From sequence record OZ035734.1: a stretch of 44,234 nt of DNA; one strand, given 5' to 3'. The notes under the pieces are model-generated. The model saw only the letters and a list, made by a program, of their open reading frames with translations, ran no database searches and was not told the DNA's origin. This DNA is from Kagunavirus NRG857CP3. This document shows, piece after piece, positions 1-8,242 of the stretch; within the stretch, counting starts at the first letter, position 1, and the number at the start of each line of letters is the position of its first letter. Position numbers and translations under genes: made by a program.

Positions 1-29
1 GTCACAACGAACATGGGTGAGGTTGAGGA

Positions 30-1280
30 ATGAGTATTCAGTTATCCGCCCCACAGGCGCTGTTCCTGAACTGCGAGAACAAATACAAGGCCTATGTCGG
101 CGGCTTCGGCAGCGGTAAGACGTTTGTTGGTTGTCTCGACCTGCTTACGTTCATGCTTAAGCACCCCGGTACGCGCCTCGGTTACTTCGGCCCTACCTAC
201 CCGGCTATCCGTGACATCTTCTACCCTACGTTCGAGGAAGCGGCCAACCTACTTGGTCTCGATGTACTAGTTAAATCCGGTGACAAAGAGGTAGTCGTTA
301 CGCGGGGCAAGACGGTAATCGGTACAGTAATTTGTCGCTCGATGGATAACCCAGGCTCTATCGTCGGTTTCAAAATCGCTGCTGCGGTTGTGGATGAACT
401 GGACGTACTGAGCCGCGAGAAAGCGGAACTGGCGTGGAACAAAATCGTAGCCCGTATGCGTCTGGTTATCCCCGGTGTGGTGAACCACATCTCCGTTACC
501 ACGACACCGGAAGGGTTCAAGTTCGTCTTTTCTAAGTTCAAAGATAACCCGACACCGAGTTACTCTATGGTTCAGGCCTCGACTCACGAGAACGCCAGGT
601 TCCTGCCGCCGGATTACATTAGCTCCTTAACCGAGACGTACCCGGCACAGTTGATTAACGCGTATCTGAACGGGGAGTTCGTTAATCTGACATCCGGCAG
701 CGTCTACTACGCTTACGACCGCCGTAAGCACCGTAGCAAAGAGACAATCGAACCTGGCGACACGCTGTACATCGGCCAGGACTTCAACGTTACTAAGAAC
801 GCCAGCGCCGTGTATGTGCAACGCCCGAACGGCTGGCATGCGGTAGCGGAACTGAAAGGCCTGTTCGATACGCCGGACACCGTGAGAGTTATTACAGAGA
901 AGTGGAAGTCGCAGGGCCACCGCATCGTCGTGTACCCGGACGCCAGCGGCAAGAACCGCAAGACCAACTCGGCGTCGATCTCTGACATCGCCTTACTCCA
1001 GCAGGCCGGTTTCGATGTACGGGCTAAATCCGCCAACCCTCCGGTTAAGGACCGTGTTTTAGCAGTGAATAACGCGCTGGAAAAAGGTAAGCTGTGGGTT
1101 AACGACCACTTATGCCCTGAGATAGCCAAGACGCTGGAGCAACAGGCGTACGACGACAACGGCGAGCCAGCTAAAGACGGCATCATCGACCATATGGCGG
1201 ATGCGCTTGGCTATCCTGTAGTTTACGAGATGCCGGTGGTTAAACCAGTAATCAATATCCCGGTGACTTTCGCACTTTAA
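30..1280 (+). CDS. terL: terminase large subunit
   Basis: Walker A-like GGFGSGKT near N-terminus; nuclease-type acidic motifs downstream; directly precedes portal gene; RBS GAGG upstream. Confidence 0.85.
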   Translation: MSIQLSAPQALFLNCENKYKAYVGGFGSGKTFVGCLDLLTFMLKHPGTRLGYFGPTYPAIRDIFYPTFEEAANLLGLDVLVKSGDKEVVVTRGKTVIGTVICRSMDNPGSIVGFKIAAAVVDELDVLSREKAELAWNKIVARMRLVIPGVVNHISVTTTPEGFKFVFSKFKDNPTPSYSMVQASTHENARFLPPDYISSLTETYPAQLINAYLNGEFVNLTSGSVYYAYDRRKHRSKETIEPGDTLYIGQDFNVTKNASAVYVQRPNGWHAVAELKGLFDTPDTVRVITEKWKSQGHRIVVYPDASGKNRKTNSASISDIALLQQAGFDVRAKSANPPVKDRVLAVNNALEKGKLWVNDHLCPEIAKTLEQQAYDDNGEPAKDGIIDHMADALGYPVVYEMPVVKPVINIPVTFAL

Positions 1281-1292
1281 GAGGATTATTCA

Positions 1293-2774
1293 ATGTTAAC
1301 TATGAACGGTCAGAATCAGGGTGTTAAGACAAAACACCGGGAATGGCTGCATCACTTTGATAAATGGCAGAAGGTACGCCACGCGCTGGAAGGCGACCTT
1401 ATCCGCTACCTGCGCAACGTCGGGAAGAACGAACCGGACCCAACTTACGCGGCCCAGCGCCAGGATGAATACGAGAACGGCGCCATCTGCTACAACTTCA
1501 CCAAGCGCACCCTGTCGGGTATGGTTGGCTCAGTGATGCGCAAAGACCCTGAGCAGATTATTCCACCTGAACTGGAGTACCTGTTACGCAATGCCGACGG
1601 TTCCGGTGTTGGCCTGTGGCAGCACGCACAGGACACGCTGATGGAGATTGACTCGGTAGGCCGTGGCGGGTTGCTGGTGGACGCACCAGAAACAGCCGCA
1701 GCAACGGCGGCAGAGCAGAACGCGGGGTTATTAAACCCGGTCATCGCATTCTATACCGCAGAGAACATCATCAACTGGCGACTCACTCGCGTAGGGTCTG
1801 TTAACCGCGTTACGATGGTAGTGTTGCGCGAGGTATGGGAATATTCAGAACCCGGTGCTGAGTTTGAAACAAAGTTTGGTGAACAATATCGCGTCCTCGA
1901 CCTGATTGACGGGCGCTACCGCCAGCGCATATACCGCTTCGATGCGGAAGGTGGCGCGCAAGATGACGTAATCGAAATCTTCCCGGAACTGGGCGAACAG
2001 TTGCGCGGTAAAATCCCGTTCACGTTTATTGGCGCGAGCAATAACGATGCAACCGTCGATGACGCACCTTTGCTGCCGCTGGCAGAACTCAATATCGGGC
2101 ATTTCCGCAACAGTGCAGACAATGAGGAATCAAGTTTTGTAGTAGGCCAGCCGACTTTGTTCATCGCCCTCGGTGATAACATGAGCATGGAGCAGTGGAA
2201 AGAGGCCAACCCTCATGGTGTGCGCATGGGTTCACGTTCAGGCCACAACATTGGCTACGGCGGCAACGCGTTTCTGGTCCAGGCGGGAGAAAATAACCTG
2301 GCTAAACAGAACATGCTGGACAAGGAGAATCAGGCCATCCAGATTGGCGCGCAGCTTATCACACCTACACAGCAAATCACCGCTGAATCTGCCCGCCTGC
2401 AACGCGGCGCTGACACGTCCGTAATGGCGACTATCGCGCGTAACGTAAGCATGGCGTACACAGAAGCGTTGCGTTGGGTAGCAGCTATGCTTGGGCTACG
2501 CGAAGGCACGGAGATTGAGTTCAAGCTGAACATGGAGTTCTTCCTGCAACCGATGACCGCTCAGGACCGTGCGCAGTGGATGGCTGATATTAACGCAGGT
2601 TTACTACCCGCGACTGCTTACTACGCCGCGTTGCGTAAGGCCGGGGTAACTGACTGGACCGACGAAGAGATTACAACGGCTATTGAGGACGCACCTGTGC
2701 CGTTAGGTGCGGTTACTCAGGTAACTGGTGAGATTCCGCAGTCGGCACAACAGCAGGACGCCACCCAGCAATAA
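1293..2774 (+). CDS. portal protein
   Basis: 493 aa ORF immediately after terL, typical size and position; acidic Q-rich C-terminus. Confidence 0.75.
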   Translation: MLTMNGQNQGVKTKHREWLHHFDKWQKVRHALEGDLIRYLRNVGKNEPDPTYAAQRQDEYENGAICYNFTKRTLSGMVGSVMRKDPEQIIPPELEYLLRNADGSGVGLWQHAQDTLMEIDSVGRGGLLVDAPETAAATAAEQNAGLLNPVIAFYTAENIINWRLTRVGSVNRVTMVVLREVWEYSEPGAEFETKFGEQYRVLDLIDGRYRQRIYRFDAEGGAQDDVIEIFPELGEQLRGKIPFTFIGASNNDATVDDAPLLPLAELNIGHFRNSADNEESSFVVGQPTLFIALGDNMSMEQWKEANPHGVRMGSRSGHNIGYGGNAFLVQAGENNLAKQNMLDKENQAIQIGAQLITPTQQITAESARLQRGADTSVMATIARNVSMAYTEALRWVAAMLGLREGTEIEFKLNMEFFLQPMTAQDRAQWMADINAGLLPATAYYAALRKAGVTDWTDEEITTAIEDAPVPLGAVTQVTGEIPQSAQQQDATQQ

Positions 2775-2807
2775 AACTAAGGCCCCATAGGGGCCTTAGT
2801 TTTATTT
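2774..2807. terminator. bidirectional intrinsic terminator (palindrome AAACTAAGGCCCC-ATA-GGGGCCTTAGTTT)
   Basis: GC stem with A/T runs on both sides, between convergent portal (+) and moron (-). Confidence 0.7.
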
Positions 2808-3323
2808 AAATCGTACGGGCATTAGCACCATAAATGCTGAGTTTGAAAATGATATTTTGCATCCGCTGGTTTGATCCTGGAAATCGAAACGAGCAATTAC
2901 ATTTTTGTATGCCTTAGAAATCTTGTACGCGTCCGCTAAATACTGCATAGTGAATCCTATACTATCAACCACTCCTGGTGAGATGGACGCTATGCGCCTC
3001 CAGTCAGGAAAGTTTCCGTTTACAACATCTACCGGAAGTGTACATATAAGAGTACGACTATCGTCATAGAAAGAAACACTGCCGTTGGTGTGGTCCACCT
3101 CCGCGTAGTTAAATTTAGAAGGTTCTCTACCTTTGATGTCTATGAGAATCCCCTTCTCAACGTTTGTCTTCACATTGTCGCAGAACAACCTATGACCATC
3201 AGCAGAAACTATCAATCCTTCGGGGTCTATGTAAAAAGCATTCAAATAGTAGCGCACATCATTTTTAGCCCTGCAGATTTTCGCCCCTACATACGCAGGG
3301 AAAGTAATAACTGTAGTAATCAT
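2802..3323 (-). CDS. hypothetical protein (AT-rich moron, opposite strand inside structural module)
   Basis: 173 aa ORF on minus strand with own promoter-leader element and terminator; visibly lower GC than flanking genes. Confidence 0.55.
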   Translation of the reverse strand: MITTVITFPAYVGAKICRAKNDVRYYLNAFYIDPEGLIVSADGHRLFCDNVKTNVEKGILIDIKGREPSKFNYAEVDHTNGSVSFYDDSRTLICTLPVDVVNGNFPDWRRIASISPGVVDSIGFTMQYLADAYKISKAYKNVIARFDFQDQTSGCKISFSNSAFMVLMPVRFK

Positions 3324-3350
3324 TTTATGCCTCCTGTTTAATTTAACTGA

Positions 3351-3380
3351 ATAGTACCCTATTATATTGGTGTCTGCAAA
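3351..3380 (-). promoter_or_regulatory. sigma70-like promoter (TTGCAG-N17-TACTAT on minus strand) for moron 2802..3323
   Basis: Copy of conserved element CCAATATAATAGGGTACTATTC shared with promoters at 5237 and 14735. Confidence 0.5.
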
Positions 3381-3423
3381 TATTATTTTTATGCGTTACA
3401 CTGGCGATACTACAGGAGGGCCT

Positions 3424-4467
3424 ATGAGCTTACTAACTTCATTAATCAGCCACCAGATTTGGCTGCAGCGTACAGCATCCGGTGAAGTGAAAGACCTCGC
3501 ACCATTCATTCAGGAGATGCGTGATGAAATCAAACGGCAGGTGCTGCTATTTGGTGACGACGGGCGAAGCACCGCGCGGCTGAATAAACTGTTACGCGAC
3601 CTTGAAGACGCACTGACGGGGCTAACTGGCGACTGGCAAACGAAGCTGACAGAAGACCTTAAGGAGCTTGCAGCGTATGAGGCTGAGTGGAATGCGAAGA
3701 CACTCACGGCTAACGTTAATGCGGAATTTGTTACCCCGACCGCTGAACAGGTGTGGTCCGCCGCCGTGTTTCAACCACTGGCGATAAGCGAAAAGCCCGT
3801 TGACTTCACGAAGCTTATGGAAGGCTGGGGTGAAACGGAAGTAGCGCGCCTCGTTACCGGCGTTAAGATGGGCTTCGTGCAGGGCCAGACAACACGACAG
3901 ATTATCAAGAGCGTTGTTGGCAACGGTGGGCTATCGGATAAATCCGCCAACAACGCCGCCGTTGTAATCCGCACCGCTCTTTCGCACGTATCTAACGAAG
4001 CCCGCAACGAGACTTACAGGCAGAACAGCGACATCATCGAGAAATACGAGTGGGTGTCCACGCTTGACAGCCGTACCAGCACAATCTGCAAGGCCAGAGA
4101 CGGCATGACATGGGAAATCGGTAAAGGACCTATGCCGCCAGCCCATCCGAACTGCAGAAGTACCACTGCACCTGTAATCAGTTCAGAGTTCGACTTCCTC
4201 GACGCGGGCGCAAAACGTGCGGCTAAAGGCGCCGACGGTGGAACACAGGTTAGCGCGGATACCACTTACTACGAATTCCTGAAACAACAACCAGCGTGGT
4301 TTCAGGACCAGGCGTTAGGTCCGGTGCGGGGTAAGATTTTCCGCAACAGCGGTATATCACCAGAAGAGTTTCGCGTAATATCTGTAGATGGTTTCGGGAA
4401 TCCGCTCACGCTCAAGCAGATGGCGGAACTCGATAAACGTGTTGCTGATTATCTGAAAGGGGAATAA
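3424..4467 (+). CDS. head morphogenesis / minor capsid protein (SPP1 gp7 / Mu F-like placement)
   Basis: Position after portal; start chosen at ATG preceded by GGAGGG RBS (ORF track start 3367). Confidence 0.55.
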   Translation: MSLLTSLISHQIWLQRTASGEVKDLAPFIQEMRDEIKRQVLLFGDDGRSTARLNKLLRDLEDALTGLTGDWQTKLTEDLKELAAYEAEWNAKTLTANVNAEFVTPTAEQVWSAAVFQPLAISEKPVDFTKLMEGWGETEVARLVTGVKMGFVQGQTTRQIIKSVVGNGGLSDKSANNAAVVIRTALSHVSNEARNETYRQNSDIIEKYEWVSTLDSRTSTICKARDGMTWEIGKGPMPPAHPNCRSTTAPVISSEFDFLDAGAKRAAKGADGGTQVSADTTYYEFLKQQPAWFQDQALGPVRGKIFRNSGISPEEFRVISVDGFGNPLTLKQMAELDKRVADYLKGE

Positions 4468-4928
4468 TGATGGGCTTTTTCAAAGTAACTGATGTACCGT
4501 CGCGTCGCGTAGTCCAGTACGCCCGCGTGTCTGTCTCTGGCGAGAACGTGGTATTTATCGAAGACGAAAGTGTACTCGGTACACCAGTAGACGATATGCC
4601 GTTTGCGGATAAAACTGGCATTGCGCTGCCGGCGGCAGGTATGCTTTATGAGATTCCGTATCTGGCGGACGCTGGCGACGTATATTTCTCGGTGCAACCG
4701 CAGGACGCTGAACTGGCAGACGGCAGCGCAACTATCACGGTCGAAGTTAAGGCTGGCAAAGCACCATATGTGCTGACTTGGTACAAAGACGGTAAGGAAG
4801 TAGTAAACGCCCCGGAAGAGGCCTTGTCTCTGACGGTTAACGCAGTCGGTGAATACTTCGTTAAAGTTACTGATGCCGATGGTGTAGAGGCTGTTAGTAA
4901 AGCGGCGAAGGTTATTAAGCCTGAATAA
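4467..4928 (+). CDS. Ig-like domain structural protein (possible decoration protein)
   Basis: C-terminal motif YVLTWYKDGKEV typical of Ig-like I-set/Big domains; start overlaps upstream stop (TAATG). Confidence 0.45.
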   Translation: MMGFFKVTDVPSRRVVQYARVSVSGENVVFIEDESVLGTPVDDMPFADKTGIALPAAGMLYEIPYLADAGDVYFSVQPQDAELADGSATITVEVKAGKAPYVLTWYKDGKEVVNAPEEALSLTVNAVGEYFVKVTDADGVEAVSKAAKVIKPE

Positions 4929-4958
4929 ACTAAGGCCCCGAAAGGGGCCTTAGTTTCA
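4927..4958. terminator. bidirectional intrinsic terminator (AAACTAAGGCCCC-GAAA-GGGGCCTTAGTTT)
   Basis: Perfect palindrome, same family as 2774, 12279, 25044. Confidence 0.7.
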
Positions 4959-5207
4959 ATACCCAGTCTCTTGGGTTAAGTTAATCTCTTTATTCCAGAC
5001 GTTTCGGTCATACTTTTCACGAATCTGGCGCATACTTCTACCGAGCGCGGCGGATATAGACATATCCCCGTCTTCTTGCGCGTCCAGTTGCATCTGCTGA
5101 AGCTCAATATACGCCGAAATATCGCCGCGTAATTCGGCCTGTTCATACTCTTTTTTAAGAAAAGAACCAAGGTCCTGTACACGATGTTTTGCTGGTTTCG
5201 TAATCAT
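4956..5207 (-). CDS. hypothetical protein (moron)
   Basis: 83 aa minus-strand ORF with own promoter-leader and terminator; RBS GAGGAG. Confidence 0.5.
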   Translation of the reverse strand: MITKPAKHRVQDLGSFLKKEYEQAELRGDISAYIELQQMQLDAQEDGDMSISAALGRSMRQIREKYDRNVWNKEINLTQETGY

Positions 5208-5236
5208 TTCTTCTCTCCTCTTGTTGGTGTGAATGA

Positions 5237-5265
5237 ATAGTACCCTATTATATTGGGGTGTGCAA
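5237..5265 (-). promoter_or_regulatory. sigma70-like promoter (TTGCAC-N17-TACTAT, minus strand) with conserved leader ACACCAACAA
   Basis: Near-identical to elements at 3351 and 14735. Confidence 0.55.
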
Positions 5266-5287
5266 ACTATTTGTTTACGTATTCCAG

Positions 5288-5333
5288 TTATTCCACCGAA
5301 TTGTAAATGTTGGAATAAACTATTCGAATAGTT
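5288..5333. promoter_or_regulatory. inverted repeat TTATTCCA-N15-TGGAATAA followed by perfect 16-bp palindrome AACTATTCGAATAGTT overlapping the -35 box
   Basis: Read directly from sequence; half-site AATAG/CTATT shared with promoter-spacer palindromes elsewhere. Confidence 0.5.
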
Positions 5334-5360
5334 GACTTTTCACTAAAAATATGCTAAGCT
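5332..5360 (+). promoter_or_regulatory. sigma70 promoter TTGACT-N17-TAAGCT with extended -10 TG
   Basis: Paralogous to promoter at 36064 (identical -35, spacer pattern and -10). Confidence 0.6.
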
Positions 5361-5567
5361 CCACCTGAGCTTGTGAAGTATGAACAAGCGACCGCGGCGC
5401 GGGCAGGTAACGGAGCGGGACGTAAGTCCTGAGTGTAGTTACGCCGACGCGTTCGGAAGGGCCATACTATATTGCTTGTGTAAAAAGTAACTGGTTTACT
5501 GGGATTACGCCGTTTCTATGTTTAAATGATAAGGACTAGCGCCCCGCTTTATGGCGGGGCTTTACTT
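5361..5567 (+). ncRNA. candidate structured leader RNA / small RNA, copy 1
   Basis: About 105 nt core roughly 75 percent identical to copy at 36093; conserved hairpin GCTTGT..ACAAGC; ends at terminator 5538..5567. Confidence 0.35.
5538..5567 (+). terminator. intrinsic terminator (GCCCCGC-TTTATG-GCGGGGC + TTTACTT)
   Basis: GC stem plus U-rich tail just upstream of spanin gene. Confidence 0.55.
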
Positions 5568-5584
5568 ATCTAGAAAGGAGAAAC

Positions 5585-5971
5585 ATGAATCTTAAAGCAA
5601 CTGTCGTAGCGGGAGCATGTTTCATCATCCTTGCTTACGCACACGGCATCTACCAGTATCGCAGCGGCTGGAACGAAGGCCGGGCGAATCTCGTTTCGCA
5701 GCAACAGCAGAAAGCACAGGCTGAGTTAGCGAAGAAAACACAACGGCAGCAGCAAGATGAATCAAAGGCCGCAGCCGCTGACAACGAAGGCAAGACGAAA
5801 TCAGAGGTAATTACCCGTGAAGTCGTTAAGTACATTAAAACGCCTGGCCGCAGCGTGTGCACTTTCGACGATGCTCGCGTCCTGCTCAAGTCCCGCGCCG
5901 TCGCAAACGCCAATTCCATCCCCGGATACGACGATGATGCAACCACCGTGCAAACTGGCACCGCCAAGTAG
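5585..5971 (+). CDS. i-spanin (Rz-like)
   Basis: N-terminal TM helix, Q/K-rich coiled-coil periplasmic region; contains embedded out-of-frame lipoprotein ORF. Confidence 0.5.
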   Translation: MNLKATVVAGACFIILAYAHGIYQYRSGWNEGRANLVSQQQQKAQAELAKKTQRQQQDESKAAAADNEGKTKSEVITREVVKYIKTPGRSVCTFDDARVLLKSRAVANANSIPGYDDDATTVQTGTAK

Positions 5972-6080
5972 CGACGCTGACGAGGATTTAGCTATCGACG
6001 TTCAGAACGCCGAATGTGTACGGCAACTGAGGCTGAAAGTGTTCATGTTGCAGGATTACGTGAGGAATATTCTGGAATAG
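5817..6080 (+). CDS. o-spanin (Rz1-like outer membrane lipoprotein), overlapped architecture
   Basis: Signal peptide with lipobox LASC, proline-rich mature region; starts inside Rz-like ORF in another frame (GTG start). Confidence 0.45.
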   Translation: MKSLSTLKRLAAACALSTMLASCSSPAPSQTPIPSPDTTMMQPPCKLAPPSSDADEDLAIDVQNAECVRQLRLKVFMLQDYVRNILE

Positions 6081-6162
6081 TTGCCTTGCGTGTTGGAATA
6101 ATTTATTCTTGACATGTAAATCCGGGTGGCCCGGGTTCCAACGTCCAGGGGACATACTGACT

Positions 6163-6867
6163 ATGAATCGTTTTTTACGTTATCCGTTCCAGGAAGAAGC
6201 TGGGGCAGAAGATAAATCTGGCGGCGGTGCCGCGCCGAAAATGTTCACAGCCGAAGAAGTTCAGGCGCTGATTGAGAAAGAAGTAGCCGGGCTTAAGGCC
6301 AATCAGGAAGCATTGCTGGCGGAGAAGAAAGAAGCCGCTCGTAAAGCAAAAGAAGCCGAAGAAGAACGGCAGCGCGCACACCAGGAGGCGTTAAAAGCTG
6401 CTGGTAAGATGGACGAGTTCGAAAAAACGATTCGTAGCCAGTATGACCCGGTGTTAGCCGAGAAAGATGGTCGCATCTCCAAAATGGCAGAGCGCATCCT
6501 CGGTAGCGAACGTAAAGCAGTGTTAGGTTCTTTCGCGGGGGACTTCATTACCCCGGAAGCAGTGGACATTCTTGCCCCGTTCGTTAAGACTGAGTTTGAA
6601 GGTGATGATGTGGTTACTAAGTTTGTCGGCGCAGACGGCAACGTAATCACGACTGACCCTGAACAGTTCCGCAAATACCTGCGTGAACACAAAGCGTTTT
6701 CGCATTTGATTAAAGCAAATGCAGCTTCCGGCGGCGGGGCTTCCGGTAGCAAAGGCGGCGGGGCCGCACCAGCGTTTAAAGACATGAGTGAAGCGGAGCG
6801 TATTGCTCTGTACGAATCGAACCCTGCCGAATTTGAACGGCAACTTAAAGCCCTGAGGAAAAAATAA
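6163..6867 (+). CDS. scaffolding protein
   Basis: Coiled-coil, A/E/K-rich protein directly upstream of and overlapping the capsid gene (TAATG); ORF track gives TTG start at 6109. Confidence 0.55.
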   Translation: MNRFLRYPFQEEAGAEDKSGGGAAPKMFTAEEVQALIEKEVAGLKANQEALLAEKKEAARKAKEAEEERQRAHQEALKAAGKMDEFEKTIRSQYDPVLAEKDGRISKMAERILGSERKAVLGSFAGDFITPEAVDILAPFVKTEFEGDDVVTKFVGADGNVITTDPEQFRKYLREHKAFSHLIKANAASGGGASGSKGGGAAPAFKDMSEAERIALYESNPAEFERQLKALRKK

Positions 6868-7916
6868 TGGCAATTACTACTATCGGCGATATCGTAACTG
6901 GTAAAGAATCGGTAATCCTGTCCTACATGACAGAGGACCCGGTAGAGAAAACCGCGTTCTTCCAGTCCGGTATCCTTACCCCGACTCCGTACGCCGCCGC
7001 TATCGCAAACGGCCCGTCCAACAAAGCTGTTCTGCCGTACTGGAAAGCGATTGATACCTCTATCGAACCGAACTATTCGAACGATGTGTATCAGGATGTC
7101 GCCACCCCACGTAACGTGCAAACCGGTGAGATGGATGTTCGCGTGGCTTATCTGAACGAAGGTTTCGGCCAGGCGGATTTGACTGTTGAACTGACCAGCC
7201 AGAACCCGCTGCAATCCGTAGCGTCCCGTCTGGATAACTTCTGGCAGCGTCAGGCACAACGCCGTCTGATTGCCACCGCCCTCGGCCTGTATAACGACAA
7301 CGTAACGGCAACCGATGCTTACCACGAGCGGAACGACATGGTTATCGACGTGTCCGCAACTCTGGGCTTCGATTCTGGTGCGTTCATTGACGCTACCCAA
7401 ACCATGGGTGACGCGCTGATGGGTAATGGTGGTGAAGTGCTGGGGGCAATCGCGATGCATAGCTTCGTGTATGCACAGGCGCGTAAGCAACAGCTTATCG
7501 ACTTCATCCGCGATGCCGACAACAACACCATGTTTGCTACTTACCAGGGCTACCGCGTGATTGTTGACGACAGCATGACCGTAGTTGGTACTGGCTCCAG
7601 CCGTAAGTTCATCTCCATCATCTTCGGCAACGGCGCTATCGGTTATGGCGAAGGCAATCCGTCTAATCCACTGGAATACGAGCGCGAAGCATCTCGCGGC
7701 AACGGCGGTGGCGTCGAAACCCTGTGGACCCGTAAGACCTGGTTGCTGCATCCGCTGGGTTACAGCTTCACCAGCGCGGTAATCACCGGTAACGGTACTG
7801 AAACCGTAGCCCGCTCTGCTTCCTGGCAGGACCTGGCGAACGCCTCCAACTGGAACCGCGTTGTTGATCGTAAGCATGTACCGATTGCCTTCCTGGTAAC
7901 TGGTGTAGGGGCTTAA
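6867..7916 (+). CDS. major capsid protein
   Basis: 349 aa, follows scaffold with overlapping stop/start, followed by strong terminator. Confidence 0.75.
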   Translation: MAITTIGDIVTGKESVILSYMTEDPVEKTAFFQSGILTPTPYAAAIANGPSNKAVLPYWKAIDTSIEPNYSNDVYQDVATPRNVQTGEMDVRVAYLNEGFGQADLTVELTSQNPLQSVASRLDNFWQRQAQRRLIATALGLYNDNVTATDAYHERNDMVIDVSATLGFDSGAFIDATQTMGDALMGNGGEVLGAIAMHSFVYAQARKQQLIDFIRDADNNTMFATYQGYRVIVDDSMTVVGTGSSRKFISIIFGNGAIGYGEGNPSNPLEYEREASRGNGGGVETLWTRKTWLLHPLGYSFTSAVITGNGTETVARSASWQDLANASNWNRVVDRKHVPIAFLVTGVGA

Positions 7917-7931
7917 GGTTAAGTTATAATC

Positions 7932-7960
7932 GAGAGGGACTTCGGTCCCTCTTTTCATTT
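7932..7960 (+). terminator. intrinsic terminator (GAGAGGGAC-TTCG-GTCCCTC + TTTTCATTT)
   Basis: GC stem-loop with U tract right after capsid gene. Confidence 0.7.
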
Positions 7961-7975
7961 ACTAAGAGGTAAATT

Positions 7976-8230
7976 ATGGCTAAGACCGGAAAGGGCTTAC
8001 CGCGCAGCCTTGAGAACACCGATTTCAGCAGTGTTGTGCCAGAAGCAACGGCAGAAACCGCTGGACTGGTTAAGAAAGGCGCTGCGGTAACGAACATCGG
8101 ATCACAGACCGTTACTGGCGAAGACGCCGCTGCCGTGGCTACGTCCGCGCAGACCGCGGTTAACGCAGTAGGTACTAAATTGAACGCACTTCTGGCGCAA
8201 CTTCGCGCCGCTGGCGTAATTGAATCGTAA
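7976..8230 (+). CDS. hypothetical protein (A/T/V-rich, structural region)
   Basis: 84 aa ORF with AGAGG RBS. Confidence 0.4.
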   Translation: MAKTGKGLPRSLENTDFSSVVPEATAETAGLVKKGAAVTNIGSQTVTGEDAAAVATSAQTAVNAVGTKLNALLAQLRAAGVIES

Positions 8231-8242
8231 AGGAGATTTAAC

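Noticed and set aside
713-1186. 157 aa minus-strand ORF inside the terminase large subunit gene
   Set aside because: Antisense overlap with a confidently identified gene; no translation signals.
5361-5470. Possible hammerhead-type ribozyme in the conserved RNA core (CUGAG followed by a hairpin)
   Set aside because: The required core motifs (CUGAUGA and GAAA flanking stem II) are not present; the similarity is superficial.
6303-7958. 551 aa minus-strand ORF antisense to the scaffold and capsid genes
   Set aside because: It lies entirely antisense to two well-supported, tightly coupled structural genes, has no RBS, promoter or terminator context, and its translation is low-complexity and Arg/Ser/Ala-rich as expected for the reverse frame of GC-rich coding sequence.
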